Shown piece by piece: positions 61,111 through 64,000 of a stretch of 64,000 nucleotides of DNA; position 1 is the stretch's first letter; every line of letters starts with the position of its first letter. This DNA comes from Rhina ancylostomus (taxonomy: Eukaryota), in NCBI GenBank assembly GCA_030265395.1, contig JARFYF010000046.1, positions 14,092,558 through 14,156,557 on the forward strand, read 5' to 3'. A program made the position numbers and the translations under genes. Below the pieces are notes generated by a model. The model was not told where the DNA came from. It saw nothing but the letters and a program-made list of their open reading frames with translations, and did no database searches.

Positions 61111-64000
61111 AGGCATTCTTTTGAACATGTCAATTTTTGTTCTGGTTGCGAAAGGAAGTTTAACAAAAAATCGTACAGCAAAACAGGGGCTCGGCTCAAA
61201 AGGGTTGAAAACTATTAGAGAAGGCACAATGAAAGAAATGCAAGGAGAATTTAACCTTATTCCTACTCATAAGGAAATTTATTCTGAGCACTGCATAAGT
61301 CACTTTACAAATACCTTTGGAAGATTTTCACTACTTGTGTTGATGGCTGGGGATTATAAATATGGGAGGGTGTTTGTCTTTTAGATATCACGATTTCAGA
61401 AGTTCAGTCACTTACACGTTTGTCGGTAATATAATGAATAAGAAGGTGCAAATTATTTTAACTGCTGCTTTTTTATCTTAGAGTTCAACAAATATTGATA
61501 GAAATGTGCAATGCTGTCAATAGCTTGGCTGTAAGAACTTTAATTGTGTTAAAAAGGGGTATTCTATAAATACACTTTAACAGTTATTGCTCAAATTTAT
61601 TTTTAGAACCTATTTAGTCATATGAAATCAGGACTTTGTAGTTATATATGATGCCATTGTGTTAGGCCAAGTATCAAGCATTAGCTTATCACAGTACAAA
61701 GGTATCAGCTATTTGTGAACTCTGGCTCTATCCTGAGAAATGATAAATCGAAAATGAACTGAACCGAGCAACATCACCTCCCGTCCAGGCACATCCCACT
61801 TTTCAGGTGTTGCAATGTCAAATCATTAAGCAGCTCACCTCTCCTTGTTCACTGGTGTTAATTGCCCACTAATTTCAACACTGTTTGTCAGCAGAAGCCA
61901 ACAGCTGTCTTGCCGCATCATAAAATTTGAGCAAACTTTTACTTTATCAACTCTCCGATAATTATCTTTCCTTATCTTGCAAGCAGTTGCAATTGAGGGA
62001 TGATATGAGTAGGGAAGGGCTGTTTAGCACTTTGGCAACACTAGTTATAGTGGGTTGCTGGCGCCAGCATGTCTCTTGGCTATCTGAGTGGCATGGGTTC
62101 AGGGCAGGAAAAACACTTCACAGGCTGAGATCATACACAGGTAATTTCCACATGTAGTGATCTGTGAAGTATACCGNNNNNNNNNNTCTAATCTCCCATT
62201 CTGAAATTAGACATCTCCAGACATTTATTGAAGTCTGACTTGTTGACATCAGAGAACATATTAAAACAAGATTTTAATTGTTGATTTTCCGTGCATGTTG
62301 GTTAAGCTTTTCTTCATTAGATTGAGTTCTCGTCCAACTTCAGACCTACACTGACAGATGCAATAAACTTTTATTGGTGTTTTTAGACTTTGTTTGGAAA
62401 CTAAATGATGGGGGATTCAAATAAGTTACAACATGTCACTTGGAGCTCTGCACTGTAACAATTGGTACACCAGCAGAAGATCTAAACCTGCAGGTGGCAT
62501 TCGAAACCTGTCAGCCAGTGTGGTTAATTTCTGCTTGCCGATTAAGGGAGACGTACCATAACTTTCTGAATGACTTTTTTACAGCATAAAAGGAGGCTAT
62601 TTAACCTATTGTGTCGGTACAATTACTTGGATCCTTTCCCCTGCCTGTTCCTCGTACCCTATTTTAATCTCCATTTGTGAACCCATCTACTTCCATTTTA
62701 AAAGCCATTATAATTGTTGTTTCCATCAGAGTTTTTGACAAGACAATTCTATGTTAAAAGCCCCTTCCCGTCCCAAAAGTGTTTCCTCTTCTCCACTGCG
62801 GAAATGCAGAGATAACTGATAACTCTGCAGCGTATCAACAAAATGGTCATTTGAGGCTGGACGGAGATGTATCACAGCTCTGCTATTAGCCTGATTTCAC
62901 ACATCCCCTTTCAATCTGGAGTCATAGGATATGAAGGAGCAATGAGAATTCTGGTTGATTTTCACAGATCTTGTTCCTCACTCATACTGCCATTTAACAC
63001 GAGCTCAGTCAAACGGGGATGATAAACAGTCTTTCTAATGATTACAAGTGACACTGGGTGATGCAGATCGCCCATGAGTGATTTAGTGAATGGAAGAGCA
63101 TTATGGGAGGAAGTAAAGAACTCCCCATGGTGACATTAAGGCAGGAAGAAAGAAATCAAAGATCTCCATGGTCAAATGGCCTTGACAAAACTATAATTTC
63201 CTCACTGCCAATTTGAAAATGATTGCATTTTAGTGTAAGAAAGCTTAAGAAATTGTGCAGGAAAACATATATAGTTGATTGCCTTTTTTGATATTGACTG
63301 CTTTCATCTTCAGGTATTATGACAATTGGTTTAATTTGAGGGAGGACAATATACTGGAGGGAGTTGCAGTTGCAGCATCTCACATGCAGTGTCACAATAC
63401 AGTCCTATAGGACTTGTGCTGTGTGTTGGAACACTTGTGTTTATTCCAACTTGTAAGCTCAGAGCTCCTCTAAAGTCTGATCATTGCTGTGTTGAACTGC
63501 ACTTATGGTTGAAACATATACGTTTCTTAAAGCTGTAGCATTGATGTTTATTGACAATTATTGTTGAGGATAGAATTTTATCATGGTATCTTACACAGAT
63601 TGTGTGTCCATCAATAAGTGTGCTTCTGTTGAATTCATTTCACCCCTATCTTGCTGACTTTTTCACATCAAGAATTGAATGATAACGCTTTCATACACGG
63701 TCAAAGATGGAAAAAGAGCCGTCATTGCTGTTGCCTAAACTGTGAAACAATTTTTGGGGCTGACAGTCTCAAACTCACCTGAGGGATTAACCCACTGGCA
63801 CCATTACAAGATTGCCCACTTTAACCTTTAGATGGTCAATGGTTTTAGCTAAAGTTCCTGTCTGAAACAGACAAGGGCCCTATTATGTATGAAAAACAGA
63901 GGGGGTGAAAGACGTAGTTACGATGCATTTTTGCTGTAATTAAATCACGAGCATCCTGAATCCATCCACAAAGCATGAGTGATAAAAGTTGTTTGCATTA

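Noticed and set aside
1-64000. Prokaryotic systems (operons, CRISPR, defence islands)
   Set aside because: The sequence is vertebrate repeat-rich non-coding DNA with no gene-dense region or regularly spaced repeat-spacer array.

Overview
Eukaryotic (vertebrate) non-coding DNA, most likely from a cartilaginous fish (ray, sawfish or shark), judged from the recalled repeat families. It comes from a gapped draft assembly with many N runs. I recognise no intact protein-coding gene, tRNA, rRNA or CRISPR array, and nearly all ORFs in the track are spurious or transposon debris. The window is dominated by old retroelement fragments: CR1, L2 and Rex/Babar LINE 3' ends, V-SINE (HE1-type), DeuSINE-like and other ancient SINEs, and Penelope-like element (PLE) remnants. 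It also holds two related solo-LTR-like elements and degraded DNA-transposon debris. Most notable: (1) PLE terminal repeats carrying a minimal type-I hammerhead ribozyme fold with a recurrent non-canonical CUGAUGC core; (2) short PLE-derived fold-back elements, one with a ~14-bp TSD; (3) a CR1 broken by a templated-insertion repair scar copying 115 bp from 1750 bp downstream; (4) a candidate recursive splice site; (5) a near-consensus CTCF site; (6) a CpG-rich candidate promoter/first exon with downstream candidate exons. Family names are from recall of consensus motifs, not database searches, and repeat boundaries are approximate.
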